From a virus (taxonomy: Duplodnaviria; Caudoviricetes), in the IMG/VR virus record IMGVR_UViG_3300020036_001974, positions 9,506-73,505 of that record: DNA of 64,000 nucleotides. One strand, written 5' to 3'. The position numbers and the translations under genes were made by a program. Of the stretch, positions 44,800-54,755 are shown piece by piece. How positions within the stretch are numbered: the first letter of the stretch is position 1; each line of letters starts with the position of its first letter. The notes beneath the pieces were generated by a model that was not told the DNA's origin, searched no databases, and was given only the letters and a program-made list of their open reading frames with translations.

Positions 44800-47647
44800 C
44801 GAATATGACCCGGTATTAGAAGATAAAGTAAAATACTATCTTACACTAACACCGGATCTTCCTAAAAATGATAAAAGGATTATTAGGGCTAAAGCCCCTG
44901 AAGGAGCTACGCCTTATGAGTTAGAAATCTGGCAGCGTGAAGAGGTTCGTAGAATAAGAGAAGGCCATTTTGGGATGTCTCCTAAGATGTACTTCTTTTA
45001 TAACTATGTTAAGATGTGGGATATTGAATCCGGGTTAATTCGCCCTGAGTACCGGGTCTGCCAACAAGCATGGTTCTCATTAATCGAGGAATGTCAGGCT
45101 TCGAGAGAATGGGGTGTTATTTGCGTAAAGCGTAGACGGGTAGGAGCTTCTTGGTTAGAAGCATCTGATGTAATGCATGATTGTATTATAAACCCCATGT
45201 TCAAAGTAGGTATGACTTCTAAAACAGAAGCCGATGCTATTGAATTATTTAAGAAGGTTAAATTCGTATACGACAATCTCCCGGATTGGTTACGACCTAC
45301 ATCTTCTGCCGGTAACACAAGATCCTCTATTGATTTTTCATACTTTATAAAAGATTCTACAGGCTCGAGACGCAGATTAGGACTTCAGTCTGAAATCATT
45401 GTAAAAGCCCCAACAGACACATCTTGGGAAGGTTTTGCATTACGTAAATTAGTCATTGATGAGTGTTTTGGTCGAGGTACTTTGGTTAGAATGTTCAACG
45501 GCAATATTAAACCCATTGAAGATATAAAAATAGGAGATAAGGTAATTGGTTTAAAAGGAAAACCAAGAACAGTAGAGTGTACAACATCTGGTATTTCTGA
45601 TTTATATAGAATAACCCCAAACAAAGGAGAACCGTTTGTTTGTAATGGTGCTCATTTATTGACAGTAACATTCAACGGAACCTCTAAAGTATTAAATATT
45701 AAAACAAGTGAGTTCTTTAAATTAAAAAAGAAAAGAATAAGAGGTTACCAGTTAATGAGATCTGGTTGGGAATATAAAAGAAAACCCCTCTCAATAGACC
45801 CTTATTGGTTAGGATGTTGGCTTGGAGACGGATCATCTAGTTCACCTTCTATTTGTGCAGCAGACCCGGAACTTAAAGAATATTTAGAAAAAGAAGCACC
45901 GTCTGTTCTGAATTGTAAAGTAACTCCTAATAAAAGAGCAGATGGTATTGTTACATATTATTATGGTAATAACTACAGCAGAGATCATGGAGGTATTAGA
46001 AATAGATTAAAGCGTATAAAAGTATATAATAACAAACATATTCCTCTTAGATATTTAAAATCTAATAGATTAGATAGACTTAGACTATTGGCAGGAATAA
46101 TTGATACAGATGGTCATAAGGCTAAAAATAAAGAACAATATGAAGTAACATTTAAAATAAAAAGACTATCAGAGGAATTAAAAGAATTATGTATTAGTCT
46201 TGGATTCTATGCATCTTTAAATAAAAAGATAGCAACAATGAAACGAGAAGATGGTAGTATTTATAAATGTGAGGTATACAGGGTTCATATATACGGTAGT
46301 AATTTATCAGATATACCGTGTAAAGTAAAAAGAAAACAATCAAATGGATCTCCTAAAGTAAAAGGAAGAAAGACTCCTGAAAAGACAGGTTTTAAAATTG
46401 AAAAAATAGAGGATGGTGAATATTTCGGGATTAGATTAAAAGAAGATCCTTATTTTCTATTGCACGATGGTACGATTGTACATAATTGTGGTAAAATATC
46501 CAATTTAAAGTCAATGTTCTCAATGGCCAACGAAGTAATGAGGGTTGGGCACCGGAGATCAGGTATTCCTTTGTTATTCGGAACCGCAGGTGAGGTTTCT
46601 AAAGAAGGAAAGGACCTCAAGGAAATGTGGTATAATGCTGAGATTTATAAATTGAAGCAATTCTTTTATGGAGGCTGGAATGGAATCATAGTAGACCAGT
46701 TTGGTAATGACCTTAAAGAAGAAGCAATACGCTGGATTGTATACGAACGTAAGCGCAGGGAGGGATTATCTCAAAAAGAATACAACGACTTTCTACAACA
46801 GTATCCATTAACGGTACAAGAGGCGTTTACATCTAATGAAAACCAAGGATTAGGTAATCAGGTTAAAATTAGCAAACAACTTCAATCTCTGTACGAAAAC
46901 CCTGTTAAAGAAAAGAAGGGTTACTTTAAATTAGATAAAGATGAAAACGTAGTTTTCCATCCAGACAACAGAGGAGCTTGTATAATTTATGAAGATCCTG
47001 ACCCTTCTTTAAAGAATACCTACTGTGCAAGCGCAGATCCAACTGATCACGAGGTAACAGACACAAGTGGATTATCATCTCTGTCAATGTTTATTATGAA
47101 GAAGTCAAATGGCATACAACCGCCTAAGATTGTATTTCAGTATACAGACAGACCTAACATTCCCCGTGACTTCTATGAACAAGCACTAATGGCATTGTTA
47201 TACTATAATAAGTGTAAGATTTTAATAGAGAGGAATAAATCAGGTATGATTACCTATTTCGATGAAAGAGGATATAAGTATCTACTCCAAACCACCCCAC
47301 AAGGAATGACAAGGTTAATAGGAGGTAATACTTTTAACATAGGATATTATAGAACGAAGGCAAGTAAACAATACGGAGAAGAGCTTGTGTGCGAATATAT
47401 AGAGGATTACTGTGAGTATATACCGTGTAAGGAATTACTGAAAGAGTTGCAAAGCTATGGTGTTATAAATACAGATAGGGTAGACGCCCTTCAAGCAGGT
47501 TTAATGTTTTTAAGGGAAGATAAAACCAAATCAATTGCCTCCTCACTGGTTAAAGAAAAAACCCCTAACTTTGGATTAAGTAGAATAGGTGGAAGACTCG
47601 TTCGTAATAAGCACGATAGTAACGGACAAAAGATTTACCATATTTAG
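44762..47647 (+). CDS. terL: Terminase large subunit containing an intein
   Basis: KRRRVGAS Walker A region, LVIDE Walker B split by intein, nuclease ADP..., IERN, DRVDA. Confidence 0.92.
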   Translation: MSAYQDPIIVPHNEYDPVLEDKVKYYLTLTPDLPKNDKRIIRAKAPEGATPYELEIWQREEVRRIREGHFGMSPKMYFFYNYVKMWDIESGLIRPEYRVCQQAWFSLIEECQASREWGVICVKRRRVGASWLEASDVMHDCIINPMFKVGMTSKTEADAIELFKKVKFVYDNLPDWLRPTSSAGNTRSSIDFSYFIKDSTGSRRRLGLQSEIIVKAPTDTSWEGFALRKLVIDECFGRGTLVRMFNGNIKPIEDIKIGDKVIGLKGKPRTVECTTSGISDLYRITPNKGEPFVCNGAHLLTVTFNGTSKVLNIKTSEFFKLKKKRIRGYQLMRSGWEYKRKPLSIDPYWLGCWLGDGSSSSPSICAADPELKEYLEKEAPSVLNCKVTPNKRADGIVTYYYGNNYSRDHGGIRNRLKRIKVYNNKHIPLRYLKSNRLDRLRLLAGIIDTDGHKAKNKEQYEVTFKIKRLSEELKELCISLGFYASLNKKIATMKREDGSIYKCEVYRVHIYGSNLSDIPCKVKRKQSNGSPKVKGRKTPEKTGFKIEKIEDGEYFGIRLKEDPYFLLHDGTIVHNCGKISNLKSMFSMANEVMRVGHRRSGIPLLFGTAGEVSKEGKDLKEMWYNAEIYKLKQFFYGGWNGIIVDQFGNDLKEEAIRWIVYERKRREGLSQKEYNDFLQQYPLTVQEAFTSNENQGLGNQVKISKQLQSLYENPVKEKKGYFKLDKDENVVFHPDNRGACIIYEDPDPSLKNTYCASADPTDHEVTDTSGLSSLSMFIMKKSNGIQPPKIVFQYTDRPNIPRDFYEQALMALLYYNKCKILIERNKSGMITYFDERGYKYLLQTTPQGMTRLIGGNTFNIGYYRTKASKQYGEELVCEYIEDYCEYIPCKELLKELQSYGVINTDRVDALQAGLMFLREDKTKSIASSLVKEKTPNFGLSRIGGRLVRNKHDSNGQKIYHI
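45464..46486 (+). mobile_element. Intein with LAGLIDADG endonuclease in TerL Walker B (341 aa)
   Basis: CFGRGT...IVHN followed by Cys; WLGCWLGDG and LLAGIIDTDG. Confidence 0.92.
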
Positions 47648-47651
47648 ATTC

Positions 47652-47667
47652 TGGCACGGTTTTTGCT
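47652..47667 (+). promoter_or_regulatory. Sigma54-type promoter upstream of portal
   Basis: TGGCAC-GGTTT-TTGCT. Confidence 0.75.
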
Positions 47668-47732
47668 GTAAGAGTAAACAGGCCAAATTTCCAATAAAAT
47701 CGCGATTTCATCATTCACTCGGTAAATAATAC

Positions 47733-49949
47733 ATGAGTCAATTCCCTTCTATCTATGTTTCTGAGAAGTCAAAGAACGAAGACTATCATAGAGAATTTGT
47801 AACTGCTATTTGTAAGCGGTCTCTTAATTCTAATTACGCCCTGCAACAGTCCATTACAGATAGTTGCTATAACTTCTATAATGGAACCCAAGGTAGTGCC
47901 AGTTTTGAGTACCTCCAGAAAGCAGAAGACGGATCTTCCTTACCTGCTCAATGGATGACTTTGAACAAAATCCGTTCCAAAGTTAACCTTTTGATAGGAG
48001 AGTTGATGGAGAAGGGGTACGACTTTAGGGTATCTGCAATCAATAAAGAGGCAAAATCCCGCAAACTTCAGGAAAAAGAGAAGATGAGAGTTGATGTAAG
48101 ACTCCAGCCAATCTTCCAAGAACTAGAGCAAACCACCTCAATGCCCTCTCCAATGGGCCAAAATCTACCAGAAACCGAGGAAGAGGTAGACGAGTTCTTT
48201 GACAAGAACTACAAAGAAATATCCGAAATAGTTCTTTATTATGCAATTAAATATATCGACAAGAAAACGATGTGGAATTCTGAGAGAACTTCCCTCTTCA
48301 GAGATATTCTTATTGCCGGTAAAGCATTTGCCAAGACTGAAATAGTAAACGGAATCCCGAGAGTACGTAGGATTGATCCACGATACGTGGTCTACGATAC
48401 TTACGCAGAAAATGACTACTTGACCGATTCAACCTACTTTGGTGAAGTTAGATATATGAATGCAGCCGATGCTGCTGTTAAGTATAACGTATCTGTTGAG
48501 GATCTTAAGAAATCAGCCCAAAGTTATCAGGATTACATAAAATACATGCAGAAGTCATCTCAGGAGAGAATGTCTCAATTGGACATTAATTTCCCGAGCT
48601 TAGGTGGTAGTAATCTAAACTGGTTTGAGCAGACTCCTTCTGGTCTCAGAGTTCTTGTAATGGACGCTTATTGGGTAGATTACAAGGTTATAAAGAACAA
48701 GGTTTCCGAGGATAACTACGGAAATGAACATATTAAAGAAATATCAGACTCAGCCCGGGATAAAGAAAATGTTATCTCTAAAATGGTTAAAGTCTGGAGA
48801 AAGGCCACTTTGATAGGTGGAGACACTATTACCGATTGGGGTCTGGTTAAAAACCAACCAAGAGATGTAGACAACCTTTCTGAAACATACCCTCCTTTCT
48901 GTGCCCTAATCCCACACTTTGTAAATGGCCGCTCTGTAAGCATTGTAGAGCAGCTACAGTCGCTTCAAAACATGAAGGACATTATCACCTACAACATAAG
49001 CCTCTCTATGGCCAGAGCAGGTGCAAAGGGCTTTGTATACGATGTATCTCAGTGCCCTGATACTTGGGAGCCTGAAGATGTAATTCGTTATCTTAAAACC
49101 GTAGGTATTGCGTTTATAGATTCCCGGGCTGGTGGTGTACCGGCACAGTTTAATCAATTCCAACAGATTGACCTTTCCTTATCTGATTCAGTTCGTCAGT
49201 ATCTTGAACTAACAAGATGGGTAGATATGGAGATGGATCAGATTTCAGGCATTAGTGAAGCCCGTCAGGGTATCATGCAAGGAGCCAGTCAGTTAGCAAG
49301 TGTAACCCAGTCAGCCCTAATACAGTCCTCCTTAACAACAGCCTCTTACTTTAAAATGTTTGAGCAGTTCTCTACAAACATTTGGAACCAAATTGCTAAG
49401 TTAACTAAGATAGCTTGGGCTGGTAAAGAGAGATTTGCTCCTATTATAGGGGATGCCGGTGTTAATTTCTTAGAACAGGATATTGAACTTGATCTTAATG
49501 ATTACGCAGTATTTGTAGAATCTACCCCTAAGCTGCTTGACGATCTGAATTCATTCCAACAAATGATCATGGCTGGTCTTCAGTCTGGAGACTTGAGATT
49601 TGGAGATGCTATGAAGCTATTGATGGAAAAAGATGTAGTTTCTGGTATTCTTAAATACGAGAAATTAACAGCTAAGAGAGAGAAAGAGCAAGCGGCTCAG
49701 GAGCAGCAGATGATGATGCAGCAGGAACAGATGAAGATGCAGGCTCAACAGCAAATGGCCCAATTCAATGCTCAGACTTCTCAGACAGCAAATGAAAAAG
49801 CACTTCAGGTTCAGCAACTTAAAAACCAAGGAGCACTTCAACAGAAGGCACTTGACTCCAGAACTAAACTAAGAAGTGAACAGATAAAAGGCGTAACTCA
49901 GTTAGCCACAACTAAGGAACAATCTAAAAACAAGAAACCAAATGAGTAA
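47733..49949 (+). CDS. Portal protein
   Basis: 738 aa after TerL; YNFYNG, NKIRSKVNLLIGE, Gln-rich coiled-coil C-terminus. Confidence 0.85.
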   Translation: MSQFPSIYVSEKSKNEDYHREFVTAICKRSLNSNYALQQSITDSCYNFYNGTQGSASFEYLQKAEDGSSLPAQWMTLNKIRSKVNLLIGELMEKGYDFRVSAINKEAKSRKLQEKEKMRVDVRLQPIFQELEQTTSMPSPMGQNLPETEEEVDEFFDKNYKEISEIVLYYAIKYIDKKTMWNSERTSLFRDILIAGKAFAKTEIVNGIPRVRRIDPRYVVYDTYAENDYLTDSTYFGEVRYMNAADAAVKYNVSVEDLKKSAQSYQDYIKYMQKSSQERMSQLDINFPSLGGSNLNWFEQTPSGLRVLVMDAYWVDYKVIKNKVSEDNYGNEHIKEISDSARDKENVISKMVKVWRKATLIGGDTITDWGLVKNQPRDVDNLSETYPPFCALIPHFVNGRSVSIVEQLQSLQNMKDIITYNISLSMARAGAKGFVYDVSQCPDTWEPEDVIRYLKTVGIAFIDSRAGGVPAQFNQFQQIDLSLSDSVRQYLELTRWVDMEMDQISGISEARQGIMQGASQLASVTQSALIQSSLTTASYFKMFEQFSTNIWNQIAKLTKIAWAGKERFAPIIGDAGVNFLEQDIELDLNDYAVFVESTPKLLDDLNSFQQMIMAGLQSGDLRFGDAMKLLMEKDVVSGILKYEKLTAKREKEQAAQEQQMMMQQEQMKMQAQQQMAQFNAQTSQTANEKALQVQQLKNQGALQQKALDSRTKLRSEQIKGVTQLATTKEQSKNKKPNE

Positions 49950-50301
49950 ATTTTCACCACTCAAAACAGCAGCAACTAACTATAGAGTGTTGTCTTTAAA
50001 TACAACTAATTCGGCTGTTATTAAAACAAGCCCTGCTTTGGTACAAGGTATAATGATTCACAATACAGGAACAATTGCTTTTGTAAAACTATATAACAAA
50101 GCAACCGCTCCGACTGTAGGAACAGATGCACCAATAATGACTATTCCAGTAGCAGCAACAACAGGGTCGGTTGTTATTAGTTTTCCAGCAGGTGTAGTAT
50201 TTGGTATCGGACTTGGTATAGGTATTACAGGAGCCATTGGTGATAGCGATACAACTGCTGTAGCAGCTAATCAGGTAACAGTAAATCTTCAGTATAACTA
50301 A
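49942..50301 (+). CDS. Small beta-rich structural protein
   Basis: AFVKLYNKATAP jelly-roll-like sequence; ends TAVAANQVTV. Confidence 0.5.
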   Translation: MSKFSPLKTAATNYRVLSLNTTNSAVIKTSPALVQGIMIHNTGTIAFVKLYNKATAPTVGTDAPIMTIPVAATTGSVVISFPAGVVFGIGLGIGITGAIGDSDTTAVAANQVTVNLQYN

Positions 50302-50822
50302 TGGTAACATTTACCAAGACAGGTAATTCGGTTGAAATGGATTTAGGGACAGATGTCCACTATCTTCCCACGTCAATGGTAGTATCTGCCAAGGTATCTT
50401 CTAATAAAATATTTCTAGCAGACTCACCATCACCAACAACAACGTTTATTGCATTTCTACCTACAGATATAAATGGTAGACCTAGTGATGATATACTTGC
50501 TGTTGCAGAATGGCTTAGAGATACTTACTTTACAGGTCTTTCAGTGTCAGGTGGCGGAGGTGGTGGTGACGCAACGGCTGCTAATCAGGTAACCGAAATT
50601 GCACTACTTGGAGCAATTGAAACAGACATTGAATTACTTAGTGATAAAACACCAAGTGATTTAGTTACAGAAGTACACGATTATAAGCAAATAGAATATA
50701 CAATTGACGGTGACATTGATTATGTAGCGTATAAAACAGGTGGTAGCGGTGGAACAGAGGTTGCTAGAATAACACTGGCTTATGACGTAGATGGTAATAT
50801 AACAGGTATAACTAAAACATAA
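50301..50822 (+). CDS. Putative structural protein
   Basis: GGGGGDATAANQ linker; position in the morphogenesis cluster. Confidence 0.5.
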   Translation: MVTFTKTGNSVEMDLGTDVHYLPTSMVVSAKVSSNKIFLADSPSPTTTFIAFLPTDINGRPSDDILAVAEWLRDTYFTGLSVSGGGGGGDATAANQVTEIALLGAIETDIELLSDKTPSDLVTEVHDYKQIEYTIDGDIDYVAYKTGGSGGTEVARITLAYDVDGNITGITKT

Positions 50823-51055
50823 TGAAGATCTTCGGAATTGATTTTTCATCTGATAAGGATAAAGTTTACGAATGTATTGAGTGTAGTGGAATGCCTAGTT
50901 TGGTTGGTATGAAAACTTACGGTAAACCTGCACTTGGTAAAGATTCTATATTCATAGGAGACAAACAATATAGAACAATATCACCTTCTAAAATAGACGA
51001 AGATATAGTGTATACAAAACACCACCTGAGAATAAAACTAAATAGAATTAAATAA
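50822..51055 (+). CDS. Hypothetical protein
   Basis: 77 aa in the operon. Confidence 0.45.
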   Translation: MKIFGIDFSSDKDKVYECIECSGMPSLVGMKTYGKPALGKDSIFIGDKQYRTISPSKIDEDIVYTKHHLRIKLNRIK

Positions 51056-51058
51056 ATT

Positions 51059-51499
51059 ATGAGCAAGGGTAATACTTTTGAAAATGACCTTTTACAGTTG
51101 ATATTCAACAACGTTGATATTGCTGATATTGGGGACGCTGGTGGATTACAAAATAGCGCAACAGCAGGTAGTCTTTATATAGCACTACACACCGGTGATC
51201 CCGGTGAAGCAGGTACTGCTACTACAAGTGAAGCAGCCTATGGCTCCTATGCAAGGGTAGCTGTAGCCAGAACAGTAGGTGGATGGACAGTTGCAACTAA
51301 CACTGCAACAAATGCAGCGTTAATCCAGTTCCCGGAATGTAGTTCTGGTTCTGAAACAATAACTCACGTATCTATTACTACCGCTTCAAGCGGAGCAACT
51401 AAGATACTATATAGCGGAGCTTTAACTGCTTCAAGAGCTATTAGTTCTGGTATTCAACCACAGTTCGCTGCAAGTGCATTAACAGTAACAGAAGATTAA
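51059..51499 (+). CDS. Tail-fibre-associated structural protein
   Basis: LYIALHTGDPGEAG...SYARVAV...IQFP pattern common in tailed phages. Confidence 0.65.
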   Translation: MSKGNTFENDLLQLIFNNVDIADIGDAGGLQNSATAGSLYIALHTGDPGEAGTATTSEAAYGSYARVAVARTVGGWTVATNTATNAALIQFPECSSGSETITHVSITTASSGATKILYSGALTASRAISSGIQPQFAASALTVTED

Positions 51500-51500
51500 T

Positions 51501-51689
51501 ATGTATAAGTGTAGTAAATGTGGTTTAGGGGTTATTGTTCATGATGGTAAAGGTGGTATTCTACCACAACCTATAAGAGCTTGTAAATGCAATGCTCCTA
51601 TAAATGTAGATATGAATTCTAATGTACAAGGTGGTAGTACTGTTGGTGTAGGAACACCACTAAGACAACCTAAAGTAACACTCGGATAA
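51501..51689 (+). CDS. Small Cys-containing protein
   Basis: CSKCG...ACKC. Confidence 0.5.
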   Translation: MYKCSKCGLGVIVHDGKGGILPQPIRACKCNAPINVDMNSNVQGGSTVGVGTPLRQPKVTLG

Positions 51690-52549
51690 TGGCTTTCAAA
51701 ACCATAGGTGAAGTTGTTAATGCTGAATTAGATGGGAAAGTAAGAAATTACATTTGGCGTAAAACCCCATCCCAAACTACAACAGCAGGTATATGGTTCG
51801 ACTTGTCAATGAGTCCCGGGATGCCTGTTCCTAAATATTGGTTTGATGCTGCTCCATTAACAGCAAAAGCGATAACACAAAGCGGAGACGGTGGTTTTTA
51901 TCATGGTCCAAATGTAACAGGGGAGAAGTATTTAAGAAGTATAACAACACAAGCAAGTGCAGCGACAGCATTACCCATGAACGCTATACTTTGTGATTAC
52001 TTACTATACTACCCAACAACAGACGATGGTACAACCGATGAACAGTTGATGGATAATACCGTTACGCTACCTCGATATACAGATGGTAAAGGTGTACAAA
52101 TATTAGCAGTAACTGTAGGACCAAGAACAGGAGGACAGAAATTTACAATTAGTTATACAAACTCAGAAGGAGTTTCAGGAAGAACAACAACAGCGGTTAC
52201 TCAAAACACTTCAACAGCACTTGGTAGTATAACTGGTAGTAATAGAGATACAATTAACGCCACTAACCCATTTATAGGATTACAAGCAGGTGACAGTGGG
52301 GTAAGAAGTATTGAAAGCATAACAATGTTAGGTGCCGATGTTGGGTTAATGAGTTTGATATTAGTAAAACCACTTGTTCAAACATGTTTCAGGGAAATAA
52401 CAGTTCCTTATGAAAAGGACTTTTTAGTACCAACAAGTGATTTGATAAGGATATATGATAATGCTTTTCTTAACTTTATTTGCTTACCCGGTGGAACACT
52501 GGCCGCAACTGTTTTAAGAGGCGACCTTAAGGTGATTTGGACAGAATAA
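51689..52549 (+). CDS. Structural protein, paralog of the next gene
   Basis: LPRYTDGKGV, SYTNSEG, LQAGDSGV. Confidence 0.65.
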   Translation: MAFKTIGEVVNAELDGKVRNYIWRKTPSQTTTAGIWFDLSMSPGMPVPKYWFDAAPLTAKAITQSGDGGFYHGPNVTGEKYLRSITTQASAATALPMNAILCDYLLYYPTTDDGTTDEQLMDNTVTLPRYTDGKGVQILAVTVGPRTGGQKFTISYTNSEGVSGRTTTAVTQNTSTALGSITGSNRDTINATNPFIGLQAGDSGVRSIESITMLGADVGLMSLILVKPLVQTCFREITVPYEKDFLVPTSDLIRIYDNAFLNFICLPGGTLAATVLRGDLKVIWTE

Positions 52550-52564
52550 TTAATAAAAAATAAT

Positions 52565-53740
52565 ATGGCTGGTTTCTCAAGCAATGATCAAATAATTCAA
52601 GCATTAAGTAACGGGCAAACATGGAACGCTCCATTTGGAAAAAACATGCAACCAACAACGGTGTGTGTAGCGAACGAATGGCACATGCTTGCCAGAGGTG
52701 CAGGTAATCCGGGTTCAGATGCTCTATTTGACACAGGTGCTAACTTAACATTTATTCCTGTAGAAGATGATACCGCATCTGCCGGAACTCTTCAACATGG
52801 AGGAGATGTGCAGCCTACATACTATAAATATCTATTATCAGGACATGCTGTAACAGCAGCAGCAACTATGGCACCCGGAACACTTGCTGTATTAGACGTT
52901 ATAGGTTATTATAGAGTAACAACTGTAACCACAGCAACCGCTCAGGCAACAACTAATACAATATCAACACGTACTGCAACATTTACAGCAGATGCAGGTA
53001 CAGACATTTGCACACATACTTCTACAACTTCTATTCCTAGTAATATATTAACCGGAACAAGAGTAAGATGTACTACTACAACAACTCTTCCTGCCGGATT
53101 AGCAACAGCAACGGATTACTACTTTATCAAAGTAAGCGATACAACTTATAAACTTGCTACTTCTTATGCTAATGCTATAGCAGGAACAGCTATTAACATT
53201 ACAGACGCTGGTACAGGTACACATACTCTTAACTGGTTGTTACCACGTTACACAAATGGAGCAGGTGTAAACGCTGTTATTTTTAATCCATCGGCTACTC
53301 CATTAGGAGCAGCTACTCCTAACATGAGTTTAGGTTATACTAACTCAGCACAAACTACTACAAGAGCAACTCCTACAGTTCTACCTATTGGTAAAACAGC
53401 CTGTCCGAACTCACAGATTATATACACAGGAGCAACTGGTACTGGTAAATACAATTATATGATGCCATTGCAAGCAGGGGATGCGGGTATAGCTGAAATA
53501 AATACTATACAAAACTCTATAAGTTATGTATCAGGAACTTACACTGTGGCATTAGTAAAAGAACTTGCAAGATTTCCATTATCGACATTGGGTTTAGCAA
53601 GTGAACGTAATTTCTTGTTTGAATACCCCTCAATGCCGAGAATTTACGATGGAGCGGCTTTATACTTTGCTTGGGGCAGTGGAGCAGCAACTCCTGTATC
53701 AAGTGCTGTTTCAGGGCAACTCAATTTTATATGGTCATAA
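52565..53740 (+). CDS. Structural protein, paralog of the previous gene with an insert
   Basis: LPRYTNGAGV, GYTNSAQ, LQAGDAGI. Confidence 0.65.
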   Translation: MAGFSSNDQIIQALSNGQTWNAPFGKNMQPTTVCVANEWHMLARGAGNPGSDALFDTGANLTFIPVEDDTASAGTLQHGGDVQPTYYKYLLSGHAVTAAATMAPGTLAVLDVIGYYRVTTVTTATAQATTNTISTRTATFTADAGTDICTHTSTTSIPSNILTGTRVRCTTTTTLPAGLATATDYYFIKVSDTTYKLATSYANAIAGTAINITDAGTGTHTLNWLLPRYTNGAGVNAVIFNPSATPLGAATPNMSLGYTNSAQTTTRATPTVLPIGKTACPNSQIIYTGATGTGKYNYMMPLQAGDAGIAEINTIQNSISYVSGTYTVALVKELARFPLSTLGLASERNFLFEYPSMPRIYDGAALYFAWGSGAATPVSSAVSGQLNFIWS

Positions 53741-53784
53741 TATATAGTAAAACAAAAGGGTTGTCTTTTCAATATATCTGATAA

Positions 53785-54639
53785 ATGCTTATAGCCAACT
53801 ACTCTTATATTAATCAAATTTGTGGACACAATCACTCAGGTGTCACAAATCCTATATGGATAATCTCTCCACATAGAATGAGGGGGTATTATGGTAAATC
53901 TCAGTATGAGGATATACAGGAACAAATAAAAAGGGACAGCTTTCCAACAGGAACTAATATCCACTACTCATTGATAATGGGAGACAAAGGTGGACTTTTA
54001 AGCGCAACAACAACTTTAAATGGAGGTAGTGGATTAACTCTTGGTTCCTTAGCTTTGGGTAAAGACTTATCTACAACGATCTCAGGAACAGGCGAATTAG
54101 CAGATTCAAGTCTTTCACTGATAACAAGTATGGCGGCTGCTATAACAGCATTAGGTGTTATATCTGGAGCTTCACTTGTTGGATCGGTTTCATTAGCATG
54201 TTCTATTACATCATCCGGGGACATCTCTGGATCCTTAGGTCTTATTTCAAGTATGGTTAGTGCTCTTATTGGTAGTGGAGATATAACCAGTAACCTGAGA
54301 GGTACCTCAAGTCTCGAAGCTGATATATTTGTTAATCAATCTGAAGCCACTACACAAGAACTAGCAGCAGCAGTATGGAATGCTCTAACTTCTGATTTTA
54401 ACGCATCAGGAACGATGGGAGAGGCTATGGCAGCCGCAGGTAGTGCAGGAGACCCTTGGATTACCAACTTACCCGGGGCATATGGCTCAGGAAGTGCAGG
54501 GCATATATTAGGAAATCTTTTAAGTAATATACCTGATTCAGTATGGGATGAGATTATAGCAAATCATACTACAGCCGGTACAATGGGTAAGAAACTTAAA
54601 GATAGTTTAAAGACAGGAGACTTTATCGCACTAAAATAA
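53785..54639 (+). CDS. Gly/Ser/Ala-rich structural protein
   Basis: AAAVWNAL and DSVWDEII..HTTAGTMG repeats. Confidence 0.6.
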   Translation: MLIANYSYINQICGHNHSGVTNPIWIISPHRMRGYYGKSQYEDIQEQIKRDSFPTGTNIHYSLIMGDKGGLLSATTTLNGGSGLTLGSLALGKDLSTTISGTGELADSSLSLITSMAAAITALGVISGASLVGSVSLACSITSSGDISGSLGLISSMVSALIGSGDITSNLRGTSSLEADIFVNQSEATTQELAAAVWNALTSDFNASGTMGEAMAAAGSAGDPWITNLPGAYGSGSAGHILGNLLSNIPDSVWDEIIANHTTAGTMGKKLKDSLKTGDFIALK

Positions 54640-54698
54640 TAAAAATATGAAAAAGAAAGGTAAGAAAAAGTGCTAACAAATACCATACCAGTAATTTC

Positions 54699-54714
54699 TG
54701 GCACGGTTTTTGCT
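54699..54714 (+). promoter_or_regulatory. Sigma54-type promoter upstream of scaffold/MCP
   Basis: TGGCAC-GGTTT-TTGCT; 25 nt identical to the portal site. Confidence 0.75.
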
Positions 54715-54755
54715 GTAAGAATAAAAGTGTTATTTTAGCTAAATTTTAAAGATTT

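Noticed and set aside
52680-52694. TGGCAC-ATGC-TTGCC inside a structural gene
   Set aside because: N4 spacing; sigma54 requires exact spacing.
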